Source: Podarcis bocagei | Lineage: Eukaryota | Assembly (NCBI GenBank): GCA_964188305.1 | Contig: OZ076888.1 | Strand: one strand, 5' to 3' | DNA length: 64,000 nt | Shown: positions 12,215 to 23,751 of the stretch, piece by piece | How positions within the stretch are numbered: the first letter of the stretch is position 1 | Layout: each line of letters starts with the position of its first letter | Notes under the pieces: model-generated | What the model was told of the DNA's origin: nothing | Database searches by the model: none | What the model saw: the letters and a program-made list of their open reading frames with translations, nothing else | Program-made: the position numbers and the translations under genes

Positions 12215-14838
12215 CCTTGTAATATAATAATGAAAGTTTCACCACTTCACATATCCTGCTTGTGTGACAGTGGTTGGTGATTTTAAACCAACGTGAAAAC
12301 TGATGGTTTGCTTTGCTTTGTCAGTTTGAGATCTGTACGTACCTTGAGTAAATGATGATGGCTTTGTGACTTTATGTAAACAATGCTGTTGGAATGAAAC
12401 CTGTACAAAGAAACTCAAATTTTAGGAGCTTGTTTATATTTGGATAGTAAATGGGTATGGGACTGCATCCTAATTACAGCAGAAAATCGAAGTTTTAATT
12501 TGGGGGAGAGAATCTACATTAAGTAATGCTCAAGTTAGCACCAATGACTGGTGGATAATATTTATTTATTGCATTCTATCCCACTTTTTTCTCCAAGGAG
12601 CTTAAGGTGGTGTACATGGTTCTCTTCCTCCACACTTAATCTCTACAACAACTCTGTGAGGATGGTTAGGCTGAGAGGCAGTAACTGGCCTAAGACCACC
12701 CAGCTTCATGGCCATATTTAGCCTGTAACAGCTTTGCAAACTATAGTAGCTTCCAGAATTTAGCAGACACCATCTTAGTAGTAGTAAGATGAATCTGAAA
12801 ACAATAACACTCAACTTGGAAAGCCACTACCATCAAAGGATAATTTAAAATGTTTAAACTAGGTAAATAAGTTTGACATACCTCTCGACTGTCTCAGTCT
12901 GTTTTTGCAAGATCACAGAGGCCCGCAAATGCACAAGATTGCAGAGTCCCAAAGTGCACTTTTCTGGGCTCTGTGATCTCATGTGGGTCCTGTGACTCAC
13001 GTGGGAACATGGCTGGGAAGATGTGTGTCCCGGTTTTTGGCCTAAACATGCTGGAGGATATGTTTTGATAGGTAAGAGTGAAATGAGATGTAACAGGGCA
13101 GATACATGGATTTATGTATGTATCTGCCCCTTTCACATATAAAACGGGGGAATGGGAATGTGTGAAGTGTTGTGATACCAGAAGCAAGCCTGGATTGGAG
13201 GAAACAAATGTTTGAAGTCATAGAACACAGTGGGTGGTAGTCAGCTAAGTTTTACTTAGTGTGGCCCTACTGAAATTAATGGACCCAACTTAGTCAAGTA
13301 CATTGATTTCAATGGGTCTGCTCTGAATAACAGTTGGCTGAATACCACCTAGTGAAGTATAAGTGTCTGGGATGTGTTGTGGGGGGGTTAGCTACCCTCA
13401 CCCATTCACTTTTTTACTCCCCCCCAAAATGTGCAGGCACACCCATTAATACATATGGCTGCCCCATTCATATCTAGTTTTAAGCCTTTGTTATCAAAGT
13501 TACTTCCCTGCTTTAACAGGGGAATTTAACAATTTTTAATTGTTGTTTGATTGTGAAGTACTGTCTGAAGTTGCATTACCATTTCACATTTACAGTATCT
13601 CACTTCTTCTAAGGTGGCTTCTGTTAAACACTGGAAGCTGCCAATGTTTGCAAAATTGTTATAGGGTGGATATTATTCACTATCAGATTGCTTTTAAGAC
13701 TCTAATTTCCTTAGTATTTTGTAGCTCAGAATTGGAAGTGCAGTGTTACAAAAAGAAAGGGATTCTATTGGCCAGTTAAAATTAGAGCATCTTTTTATTC
13801 CCATTCAAAAGCTGCTTCAGAAGGGGACTTTTAATATAATTTCTCCTTTTTAAGTCAAAATACTTATAATCTTTTTACCCTTTTGATATAATTTTGATGT
13901 GGGCATTGTCAGCTCATGCAACAAGTAAAATAAATAATTAAATATGAGTACAATAGAGGCTCCCTTTGTCTAGACACCCATTAAATTCCCATCTTCTGGG
14001 AATGTATCTCAGAGCACTAAACCAGCAGAAAACCTCAGACAATACACATGACTGTATCTAAATTACTTTGTAATACATAGCATATTTTGGATCACCAAGG
14101 GAAGGAAAAACCTGACTGACACTATTTTGCCATCCAAAGCAACATTTCCCAATTATTCTCCCACAGACCAGACCACACGTTGTGTTTCTGCCCAAGATGC
14201 TGATTGGAAGGAGGTGAGCCCAGAGTGTTGGAGAGAAGATGTAGCAGCTAGGAATGTGCACCGACTTACACGTGCACCCCAAATTATGCAAATCAAGGGG
14301 AAGCAGGGAAGTTTCTCATGTTTCCAAGTCGGACTTCACAATTAACAAGGCATCTCAAGGCAGATCAGGGATTCTGAGCAGTCACTCTGTAGCCTCGACT
14401 GTCCAAAAATTTCACAACCATTTCTTCCCCCTTTTTCTTGAAAAACACAACCAAGCTGACTCAGGAAATGACCAGAGCTTTATAAGGCAGGGGATAGAGA
14501 GGTGGGGAAGATAATTCATTTTGACAGACAAATCTAGTTTTTAATCACAGTGAATTATTTCTCCAGGGCATTCCAGTCACAGGGATTTGGTGGAGGTTAA
14601 AAACAGTGTTTGCTTTTCATGTGAATCTATGCTTTCCCCTGTGAAATCTTCATTATATTTCCCCAAATACCTCAGGGCATAAGTCCACCTCACACCAGCG
14701 ACCCTTGGGCAAAAAGAGTTCTTGCTGGGTGTTTCGTTTTGTTTTTTACATTTTCTCCACACCAGTCTTCCTGCAGACCCATGCTCTCTCCTGCAGACCC
14801 ATGCTCTTTACCCAGAAATGGTGAAGTCAGAGAACCAC

Positions 14839-15169
14839 TGTCATGGCTAAAATGGCCGCTGTTTCTTTAATGCTTAAAAAAGCTGGGTCAGCATGAGTCA
14901 GCGGCCTGCACCAGGTTGTATATATAGAGTGAGAAATGTTAGTTTGGTGTTGAGTTGGGTTGGTTGGTTGGTTAGTGGAAGCTGGTAGTGTTGATGTGTG
15001 TGCAGTTGGTCAGTTGCTTTTGCAGAAAGACTTTTAAGAATAAAAGCAGAAAGTACTCTGCAAGGATACTTTTGTCGTGGACTCTTTTATGCTGACAAGG
15101 GTCCAAGGACCAGGCTGAGGTGACAAAGGGAGGTCAGAACCCCTTTTTTGCTTTTTACAAACACTGACA
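14839..15169 (+). mobile_element. Solo LTR (331 bp)
   Basis: TGTCA...TGACA termini, 5-bp TSD ACCAC (14834-14838, 15170-15174), TATA-like TATATATA (14919-14926), AATAAA (15039-15044). Confidence 0.75.
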
Positions 15170-16763
15170 ACCACTGCAGCTAGTATTCTGAAATTCAGAA
15201 AGCTTCATCCCCTTGGAGGGGGAGACCATGTCTGCAAATCACATCCAATTCTAGCAGAAAATTTAAAAAGGAGTTGAGGTCCAGGAACATCTCGGATGGT
15301 CACAGTTTTCCCACCCCTGGTCTATAGTGACCAGGAACAGTTCTCCAGGTTTTCAGAGAGGAAATCTTGCTTGGAGACACTGGGATTGAACTGGGGAACT
15401 TAACCCCATTCTTCCCTTTTATACACTCAAGTCTAGATTAGAAGAGCAGACTTCTTCAGTCAGATCCAGTGATCTTCATAGCTGAGCAGGTATTTGAACC
15501 TGAGTCTTCCTTCTCTAAGACAGCACTCTAGCCATCATACAACACTTGTTCTCTTCATTTCATATATTTGGTACATAAGTAAGAGTTCCCAGGTAAACTG
15601 GGGAAACATGTTCCTTATTGCTCACTGTGGCATTTCATTTCTGGGGTGGGGAGGTGGGTTATATTTCCCTAACAGCATGTCATCCGTTTTGCATTTCATA
15701 AGTGGTTTTGGTTTTTTTAAGGAGTAATAACTTAAGAGGAGACTGCTGGATGAGGCCAATGGCCCATCTAGTTCAGTATCCTGTTCTTGCAGTGGCCAAC
15801 CTACTGCCTGGGGGAAACCCACAAACAGTATTTGAGTACAAGATCTTGCGGTTTCCAGCAAGTGGCACCCAGAAGCATTGCTGCCTCCAGCTATGGAGGC
15901 AGAGCCTAGCCATCATGGCTAGCAGCTTTCAATAGCCCTCTCCCCCATGGTTTTTTTTTTAAACCAACTGATTACAGCATTAGATTATATAAGATAACTA
16001 TCTCATTACCATCTCTTTTCATCTTAATCTTTGCTAGTCTTGCCAATATATAAAATAGTCTTGTAGTGTTGGTTAATACCTGTCTTTATTATTATTTTTT
16101 AGAATGGGATAAAACTAGGATCCTCTGCATGCATAGCACCACTGAGCTGTGGCCACCCCACCTTTGCGGCATGTTCTTTTGATGCCAGCTCCTTTTCGTT
16201 TGCACGGCCATGGGCAAATAATAACGCCAGCATTGCTGAAATAACCAAAGATTGACAAGCCGTGCTACATGTTGCGCTCTCATTTGAATGGCTGGCTCTC
16301 GGTTCCCTTTGAGGATCTAGCTGGAACAGTCTAATTCATAATGCTTCACTCTGCTGTGGCTTCTCCTCCCCCTCCTCTCCCAATCTGCAGACACATTTGT
16401 CTTGACTGTTCAAAGATCAATGCACACTGCGAAGATAGAGATCGTGGGATTTCTCAATCTGATGGAAACACAGGTTTCCAGTGTATTACCATTCCCTCCA
16501 GGCTCCTGCTGTGCTCCCCCCCCTTTTTTTTTTTGCTTCTGGAGGCTGCTTGTTAGCTGCTCTTGCTGGAAGCCTAGTAACTGTGCCCATGAATAAGATA
16601 AGAAAAATGGTGTTTGTCTTCTGCAGATCAATAGACCAACTCACTTGAAAACACTGACTTGCCAGAGACACTTCTAGACAAATTGCATTGGAATGGTAAA
16701 GGACAGTATGTTTGGGAACAAATAAAAAAAGCAGACCGCAACTTCATCTTAGGTGAACAGATG

Positions 16764-16970
16764 TTACATCTACATACATTTAAAGCATGCTTATAGCACT
16801 TTAATCCTGGGAACGGTACTTTTTTGAGGGTGCTGGGAATTGTTGCCGTCTGCAGGTCTCCTGTCAACTCTCAGCACCCTTAGGAACTACACTTCTCAGG
16901 ATTATTTCGGGGAAGCAATGACCCTTGAAGTGCTATAAGAGTGCTTTAAATGTATGGTGTGGATGTAGCC
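16764..16970. mobile_element. Palindromic MITE, possibly Harbinger-type
   Basis: Long imperfect terminal inverted repeats TACATCTACATACATTTAAAGCATGCTTATAGCACTT / AAGTGCTATAAGAGTGCTTTAAATGTATGGTGTGGATGTA; related fragment near 35725-35900. Confidence 0.55.
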
Positions 16971-19066
16971 TGAGTGTGGAACAAAAAGTACTGCAAACTA
17001 CAGTTGCCAAGCAATTCATAAATGGACTACATCATGATTGGATTTTTCTCACTATAAAGATACCAGCAAATTTCAGTATATATTCATTGGGCTTGAACAG
17101 AAATTATTCCTACCCCCAAATCTAGGATTCCCCCCCAAGAGTGGAACAGGGAGTTAGCCCTCATGTTGATGCTCTTGCCTGTTCTCCCCTTTGCCCTGCC
17201 CAATATTTCTTTCATTGCTGGGAGAGAAAGTAAGAATTATTGTTAGAGCCCAAGATCTCCTACCTGAGGATAGCAACTGACATTATGCCTGCAGCTCCAA
17301 TACTGAAACAAACACCTCTGATTGTGTGAGATAGGATTAGGGTTGTGTGTGTGTGCTTGTGTTTGTTTGTTTGTTTGTTTGTTTGTGTGTGTAAGCAACA
17401 CATGTATATGTCACAAGGCAAGTATTCTTCAACATCATGCACAATCCAGTTCATGATAAAGATAAACACAAAGGTTGCCTTTTTAAGGTGCAGCATGAGA
17501 TAACTAAACGTGGTTGATGGAAACTACACTAATAGCAAACTCCTTTCTCTGAGTGCTGTTCTCCTGTGTAGCCAAAATGACACCAACTTCAATCAAGAGA
17601 GAAATGTCAGCATAGTCAGGAAAGCCCCAAAGTTTACAGAACAACAAAAAATGTTTTTGTGTGGAGTAATCTAAGCGTACCAACTGTTCTGCAAAAAAGC
17701 TCAAGGAAGTCTGAACATGCTCAGGGGCTACAGAATGCTGACTGTTAGGAAGGAAGACATGAGAAACCGAGGTGCAGGCTGAATGGAATGGGGTCTCCTG
17801 AAAGAAAAAACGGCTGTCTGGAACACTGAATAGGTGTGCTCCACTCTGCAACATTTTGTTGCTGGTTCCACTTGTACAGTAGTTGCATTTCTCTCCCTGC
17901 CTTTGACTGCTCATGATACTGCTTCTTTAGCAAGAAGTAGTAATCCATTGAACACAGAGGCAACAATAAGGCAAAATACATCATCTCTTTCTCCCATCCT
18001 CTCCATCCATAGATGTATGCTTTAAGTTGTGTTCAGTTTTTCTTTAAATGGCACCGTATTAGTAATACAGATACCTTTATTCGTTCAGTCCCTGCCCTCA
18101 AAGGTATAATGTATGTCATCCTCAAAAGGTGACTCTGGGCCCACAACACTAATAATTTAGCGGGTCTGTCTTTTGCTTCTACCCTATTTGCATTAAATGC
18201 TGAACTGTCAGCGGGCAATTTAATATGAACCATTTTGTTTAATTTGGCGTTCTGTTTGTCTTTTCCAGATCTAAAATAGAACACCGTGAGGCCAGAAGTA
18301 ATAGTCATGAGTAAAAGATACTACTTGTTATCTTGCATTCCCTGGTTTTAAATTATAGTACAAACTTTGGTACACAGTAGTGAAAGGCACTAGCCATAGA
18401 GGTGCTTGCTTACAAACCAAACAGCTATGGATGCAGAAATAGAACAAGAATTCTGTTTATCTTAGAGAGTAGCTGCTTTGTAAGTGAAACATCCACACAA
18501 TGATTAGCCTCCATGAGTTGTGCTTTAACAAATCTAAATTGAATTAGTGGAGCGGGGGAAGTCAGGAACTCCTCTTTTACCTCCTCCTCATTTCTTTCTA
18601 AATGAAAGCAACCAATTTCTCTCTGGTGGCTGTTTGGTCTTGCTACCTTTCCTATAAAACTGGATGCAGTGTCTGCATTTGATGTCCAATGCTTTAGGGG
18701 AAAAGCTAGAGAAGGCAAGCCATGCAAACAACAAGAAGGCAACTTTTTAGCCTTTGCCGCTAGTGTATCTATCTCAGCAGTTGTCTGCATCTTGCAAATA
18801 CTAAAAATCAACATTCTCACGCCACTGGTAACAACTGATTACCAGCACTGGGGAAATTGTATGATAAACACATGATTGCAGACAAAGCCATATACATCCT
18901 GCGAGCTGCAGACTTGTGCAATTGATTTTTTACATTAAAAATTCTCCTCTTGTTCTGAACAAGCTGAGATTAAGTCCTTCCCTACAAATTATAATAACTG
19001 ACAGTAAGAAATTTAGCAGCCTATCCCCTATTTTTTAATAAGGTATCAGAGTGAATAAAACTGTAC

Positions 19067-19165
19067 CTGAGCAATTTCAGAGATCACCACCTGGAAGGGT
19101 TCTCCTTGATTATGCTGAATTTGCGACGTGTCACTCTGGTTATACTCTAATCATCATATCAAACT
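19067..19165 (-). other. A1CF: Probable non-coding first exon (5' UTR) of A1CF
   Basis: Minus strand reads TTTGATATGATGATTAGAGTATAACCAGAGTGACACG...ATAATCAAGGAGAACCCTTCCAGGTGGTGATCTCTGAAATTGCTCAG followed by GTACAG; closely resembles my recollection of the human A1CF mRNA 5' end and stops at a GT donor. The 5' boundary is approximate. Confidence 0.75.
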
Positions 19166-19300
19166 CCAAAGGTTCAACAAACCCCAGGTTGGTTTACAGT
19201 TCTGTCGGTTAAACTTTAACTGGCCGTATCTCTCTGCTCCATACAGCCCTTTGACCAGATAGCTAGGTCATTGCAGCTCACTGTCTACACAATGTTTACA
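19166..19300 (-). promoter_or_regulatory. Putative A1CF liver/intestine-type proximal promoter
   Basis: HNF1-like GTTAAACTTTAAC (19208-19220), HNF4/DR1-like AGCCCTTTGACCA (19245-19257), AGGTCA half-site (19265-19270) and FOXA-like TGTTTAC (19293-19299), clustered just upstream of the putative exon 1. Confidence 0.6.
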
Positions 19301-21495
19301 AAATGCACAAGGCAAAAGTCAATTGTGGGTCTGAATAAATGTGTGCGAGGTGAGAAGGATATCATTTGAAAACCAGTCTGCTAGGTTAGCTGGGGAAATG
19401 TTATTTCGGACAGAGAATTTTTAACTGAAAGTAATTGACTTTATCACTCAGCTGAACGTTCCTTAAATAATCCTTAGAACTTCAGAAAGTTCGGATTATT
19501 GACCTGGGTTTGTAAGATGTCTAGCTTTTAAAGTCATATGATCCAATGACAAGGTTTTCCATGTTGCTTGATAAGAATCTGTGTTATAAACAGAAGTGCA
19601 TGGTCTTGTGGGGAGGGGATAACAGATCTTACTGTAACCAAAAATGCCTCTTTTATGCTGATTTCAAATTTCCTTCTCTGTCTTGAAGAATTGTACAAGG
19701 ATATATAATCCAACGAACAGCAAAGGGCACTTAAACCTGTAATGTTTTGTTTTGTTTTTTAAAAAAACACACATTAAAATGAGTGCATTTTATTGTAGTT
19801 TTAAAAAAAGTTTTGTTAAACAGATTTGTTATTTAAAGAACAGAGAAACTGCAAGCGTAGGAAAACAAAGGTGACTACCCTTAGGAACAGTATATTTTTT
19901 ATACAAACACAAATGAAAAATAGGTCTTTTGAGTGGGTAGTTGTGATGGACTAACAACTTAAACCCTAACTCAGTACAGTAACTGGGGTAAATTAAGCTG
20001 ACATAATATTCTATTAATTAAAGTGAGTGGGGACAGTCTTTGCATTGGAGAAGAGGCCTCCATTCGTCTTTTGTCTTCTGCATGCTCGGCACCACATTGC
20101 TATTCTTGGAAAGTGGGTTGAGTAGTCAGGTGGTAAAACTGGGATCTGAGCATGAAATGAAGGGATCACATGAACACTTTGCCACATACTCACTGCAAAA
20201 AGTTCAACTTCTATTTACTCACCCGTCTTCTTGCTACCAATTTGCAGTTAATGATGTAACACAAAATACACACAAATGCTAATACATACCAAACATGAGA
20301 GATGGAAAAATACATAATTAAATAAATTATTAAACAATATGTACGTTAACATAGATTTAAGCAATATTTTTAGACATGAAAAACCACACACACCATTGTC
20401 TCTCTTGCATCAGTTTTAGAGAAACAGGCTGTTTTTGTAGGGAGGTTAGATAATGGAAACTCAAAGTGAGCAAAATCTATTTTTGTCTTAAGAGCAGAAT
20501 CTGGTTTCTTTTGTTCATGTCTCACATTGTGCTCTGTAAACAGGACACACGGCGTTAATTGGTAAACAGGACACAGTGTTAATGAATTCATGCCTAGAAC
20601 AAGATAACAGATTCTCAAACTTCCAACACAGCAATTTTCATGAAGATAAGCTGAAGGGGGCTCGCAATGCAATCCTATGCAAGGTTCCTTTTAAGTAAGT
20701 CTCGCTGATTTTGGTGCAATTTACACCCAGGTTACTGTACATAGGACAGCAGTCTCAGACAATGTTTATCCCAATGCCTAATGCCAGGCAGATTTTTCAA
20801 ATCTCCATAGCATCAATGTTTTTGCTTATTTGCATATAATAATACGTTATACCATCAACCAGTCTCTATCTTTTTGCTGCATAGTGTTTTTGAGTATAGA
20901 ACATGACCATATACCAAATAAAATGGATTTAAGTGTATTCAGAGCTTTTTTGTGACAGTATTCACCAGAACGGAATATTAGCACCAATTTTCTCGCTGCC
21001 CATGGCCACCATTATGTGTGGGCACTCACAGTGCTTTTAGCAAGATGTGAATACTAGTACTTAATTTTTGAAAACAAAAAAAGGCACTTAGTGTATATTG
21101 ACTGGATTTCTATCCTGCCTTCACCAAGGACTTAGCCTGGCTACAGTGCAGTTTATTATTATCACAAATATGTGTGTATATAGACATATATAATATATAA
21201 AAAGTATGTGTGTGTGTGTGTGTGTGTATAATGATTTGCTGTTCACATGAGTCACATGGCATTTGCAAACATACCATAAAATCAATTAAAAATTCTTTTA
21301 AAAACTGTACCAAGAAAAACAACTAAAGACAGGTTTTAGTAACACGCAGAATAAATATCCAAGGAATAGGTCTTTTACTGTAGGACAGTGGAACAGGGGC
21401 ATGAAAAGCTAGCTCTGTGGATAGTGAATAACTCTAGTGAACAGTGTACAGACTCTGGTTTTGTTTTGGTTTTTGGAACCTAAATTAAGACCCAT

Positions 21496-21556
<61 letters not shown>

Positions 21557-22204
21557 TGTAGTATATATATAGTATATATGTATGTATTAATCAATAGATT
21601 TATGTTCTATTACCCCCCCCCCCAGGTTTTATAAAGTGATAGCTTCCACTCATAAAGTTGGAACCAGAAACTTTGAAAGTCACCTATAATAAGTCCCAAA
21701 GTGGGCTGCCTTAATTAGCAGCAACTGTAGATCAGTTTGGGTTTAAAGTTTGGGACTTTAGGAAGAAGCAGAAAAACGTAAGGGAAAATGGCCTTTGGAG
21801 ATAAATAAGCCATTTTCATGTCCTTTTTCTAACAGTTGAATCATCAAGATTGCAGTGTGCCCCCCTTTTTGTACTATAATGGGAGACACATGGAAAATCA
21901 GTGTTGAAATATATTTGTCAGAGTTCAGGAATGCACGCTGTTTAAAAAGGGCCTTGCAGATATTTTAAGCAAGGCCAGCCTTCTTATGATGTAATGGCAA
22001 GTAGTTGCTTTGATGACAGATTCCAGGAGGGGGCTCCACATTCTTGCTTCCAATGCTAAGGATAGACATATTTGTCAACAATAGTTTCACAAAAAATTGT
22101 TAAGGTTTCTCTGCACATCCAACATAATATAAACCTATTTGTATGTAATTTTCCAAGCAATTCTCCCTAATACAATGCATTATTTTATGTTAATTTCACC
22201 AATA

Positions 22205-22430
22205 CAATGGTACCTTGGGTTAAGAACTTAATTCATTCTGGAGGTTTGTTCTTAACCTGAAACTGTTCTTAACCTGAAGCACTACTTTAGCTGATGGGGC
22301 GTCCTCCTGCCGCTGCACCAATGGAGCACAATTTCTGTTCTCATCCTGAAGCAAAGTTCTTAACCCGAGGTAATATTTCTGGGTTAGTGGAGTCTGTAAC
22401 CTGAAGCGTATGTAACCTGAGGTACCACTG
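22205..22430. mobile_element. Tc1/mariner (Tigger/pogo-like) MITE
   Basis: TIRs CAATGGTACCTTGGGTTA / TAACCTGAGGTACCACTG flanked by TA; same family as 28616-28838. Confidence 0.85.
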
Positions 22431-23404
22431 TATATGTATTTTAATACATATTTCCGCCCTGATATATGCATTTTGCACACCATTTTGGGTTAGAGAGCTG
22501 CACTGAAAAATTCAGAGAATGTGCAAAATGTGAAGGAAAGCTCTGTTTCAGTTTGCATATTTTTTTTCCTGGAAGTGTGAATCAGGTAACTTGGCAGTAA
22601 ATTGTGAAATAAACCATATTCCCCCCCCCTCCTACAACCTTCATATCTTTGCTAGAGTTACTATACACCTGGAATTTCCTGGACATATCTGAAATACTGC
22701 AGTCAGCAGCACTGTCTGGACAGAAATCGTTCTAATGTCCAGAAAAATCCGGACATATGGCTGCCCATGTCGTCAGTGCCATTTTTGCTGATTTCTCATA
22801 AAAATAGCTCCCAAAGGGCTTTTTGTGATTTTCGTTGTTTGAAATATGACAACTATCTTTGCATCATTTGGTAGAAGGAGGTGCTTTGGTTCAAAGCACT
22901 GTGAAGTATGTTTCCTTTTTTCTTTCTGATTTGATACAAAAGTTATCTGAAGCCAACACTGATTTTTGCTCTGTCAACCTGATGCTCTCCAGATGTTGTT
23001 AGACTACAACTCCCATCATCACAAGTCAGCATGGCCAATAATAGTCAGGGATGATGGGCGTTTTAGTCCAATAATATCTAGAAGGTATATTGGAAGGATA
23101 CCTCTACCAAGGTAGAGCTTTGTGCTGGGTGAATAAAGGGTGAGATTTCTTGAGGTATCAAGTAGAAGATTACAGCCTTGAATGGGCTTAGACTTTGACC
23201 ATCCTTTATTGTACTCCTATTTTCAATTCTGGTAAAATATAACAATGATAGGTTAAAACAGAACTGGCACATTGTGGGAAATTCATCATGAACACACAAC
23301 AGTTCTTTTATATTTGTCATATTAGAAAGAAAGTGCTTCTTCAGACAGCACATAGTTAAGCAATAGAACTCACTTCTACAAGGACAGCGATAGCCATCAA
23401 CTTA

Positions 23405-23751
23405 AAGGTAAAGGTAAAGGACCAATTAAGCCCAGTCGTGAACGACTCTGGGGTTGCGGCGCTCATCTCGCTTTACTGGCCAAGAGAGCCAACGTTTGTC
23501 CGCAGACAGTTTTTTCCGGGTCATGACTAAGCCGCTTCTGGTGAACCAGAGCAGAGCACGGAAACACCATTTACCCTCCTGCCAGAGTGGTACCTATTTA
23601 TCTACTTGCACTTTGACGTGCTTTCGAACTGCTAGGTTGGCAGGAGCTGGGACCGAGCAACGGGAGCTCAGTCCGTCGCGGGGATTTGAACTGCCAAGCT
23701 TCCGTCTGGCAAGGGTCAGTGGTTTAGACCACAGCACCACCCATGTCCCCT
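23405..23751 (-). mobile_element. Sauria SINE, full length
   Basis: (AAAGGT)n tail on the left, GGGAC head on the right, 12-bp TSD GCCATCAACTTA (23393-23404, 23752-23763); inserted into an older CR1-tail/SINE fragment. Confidence 0.92.
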
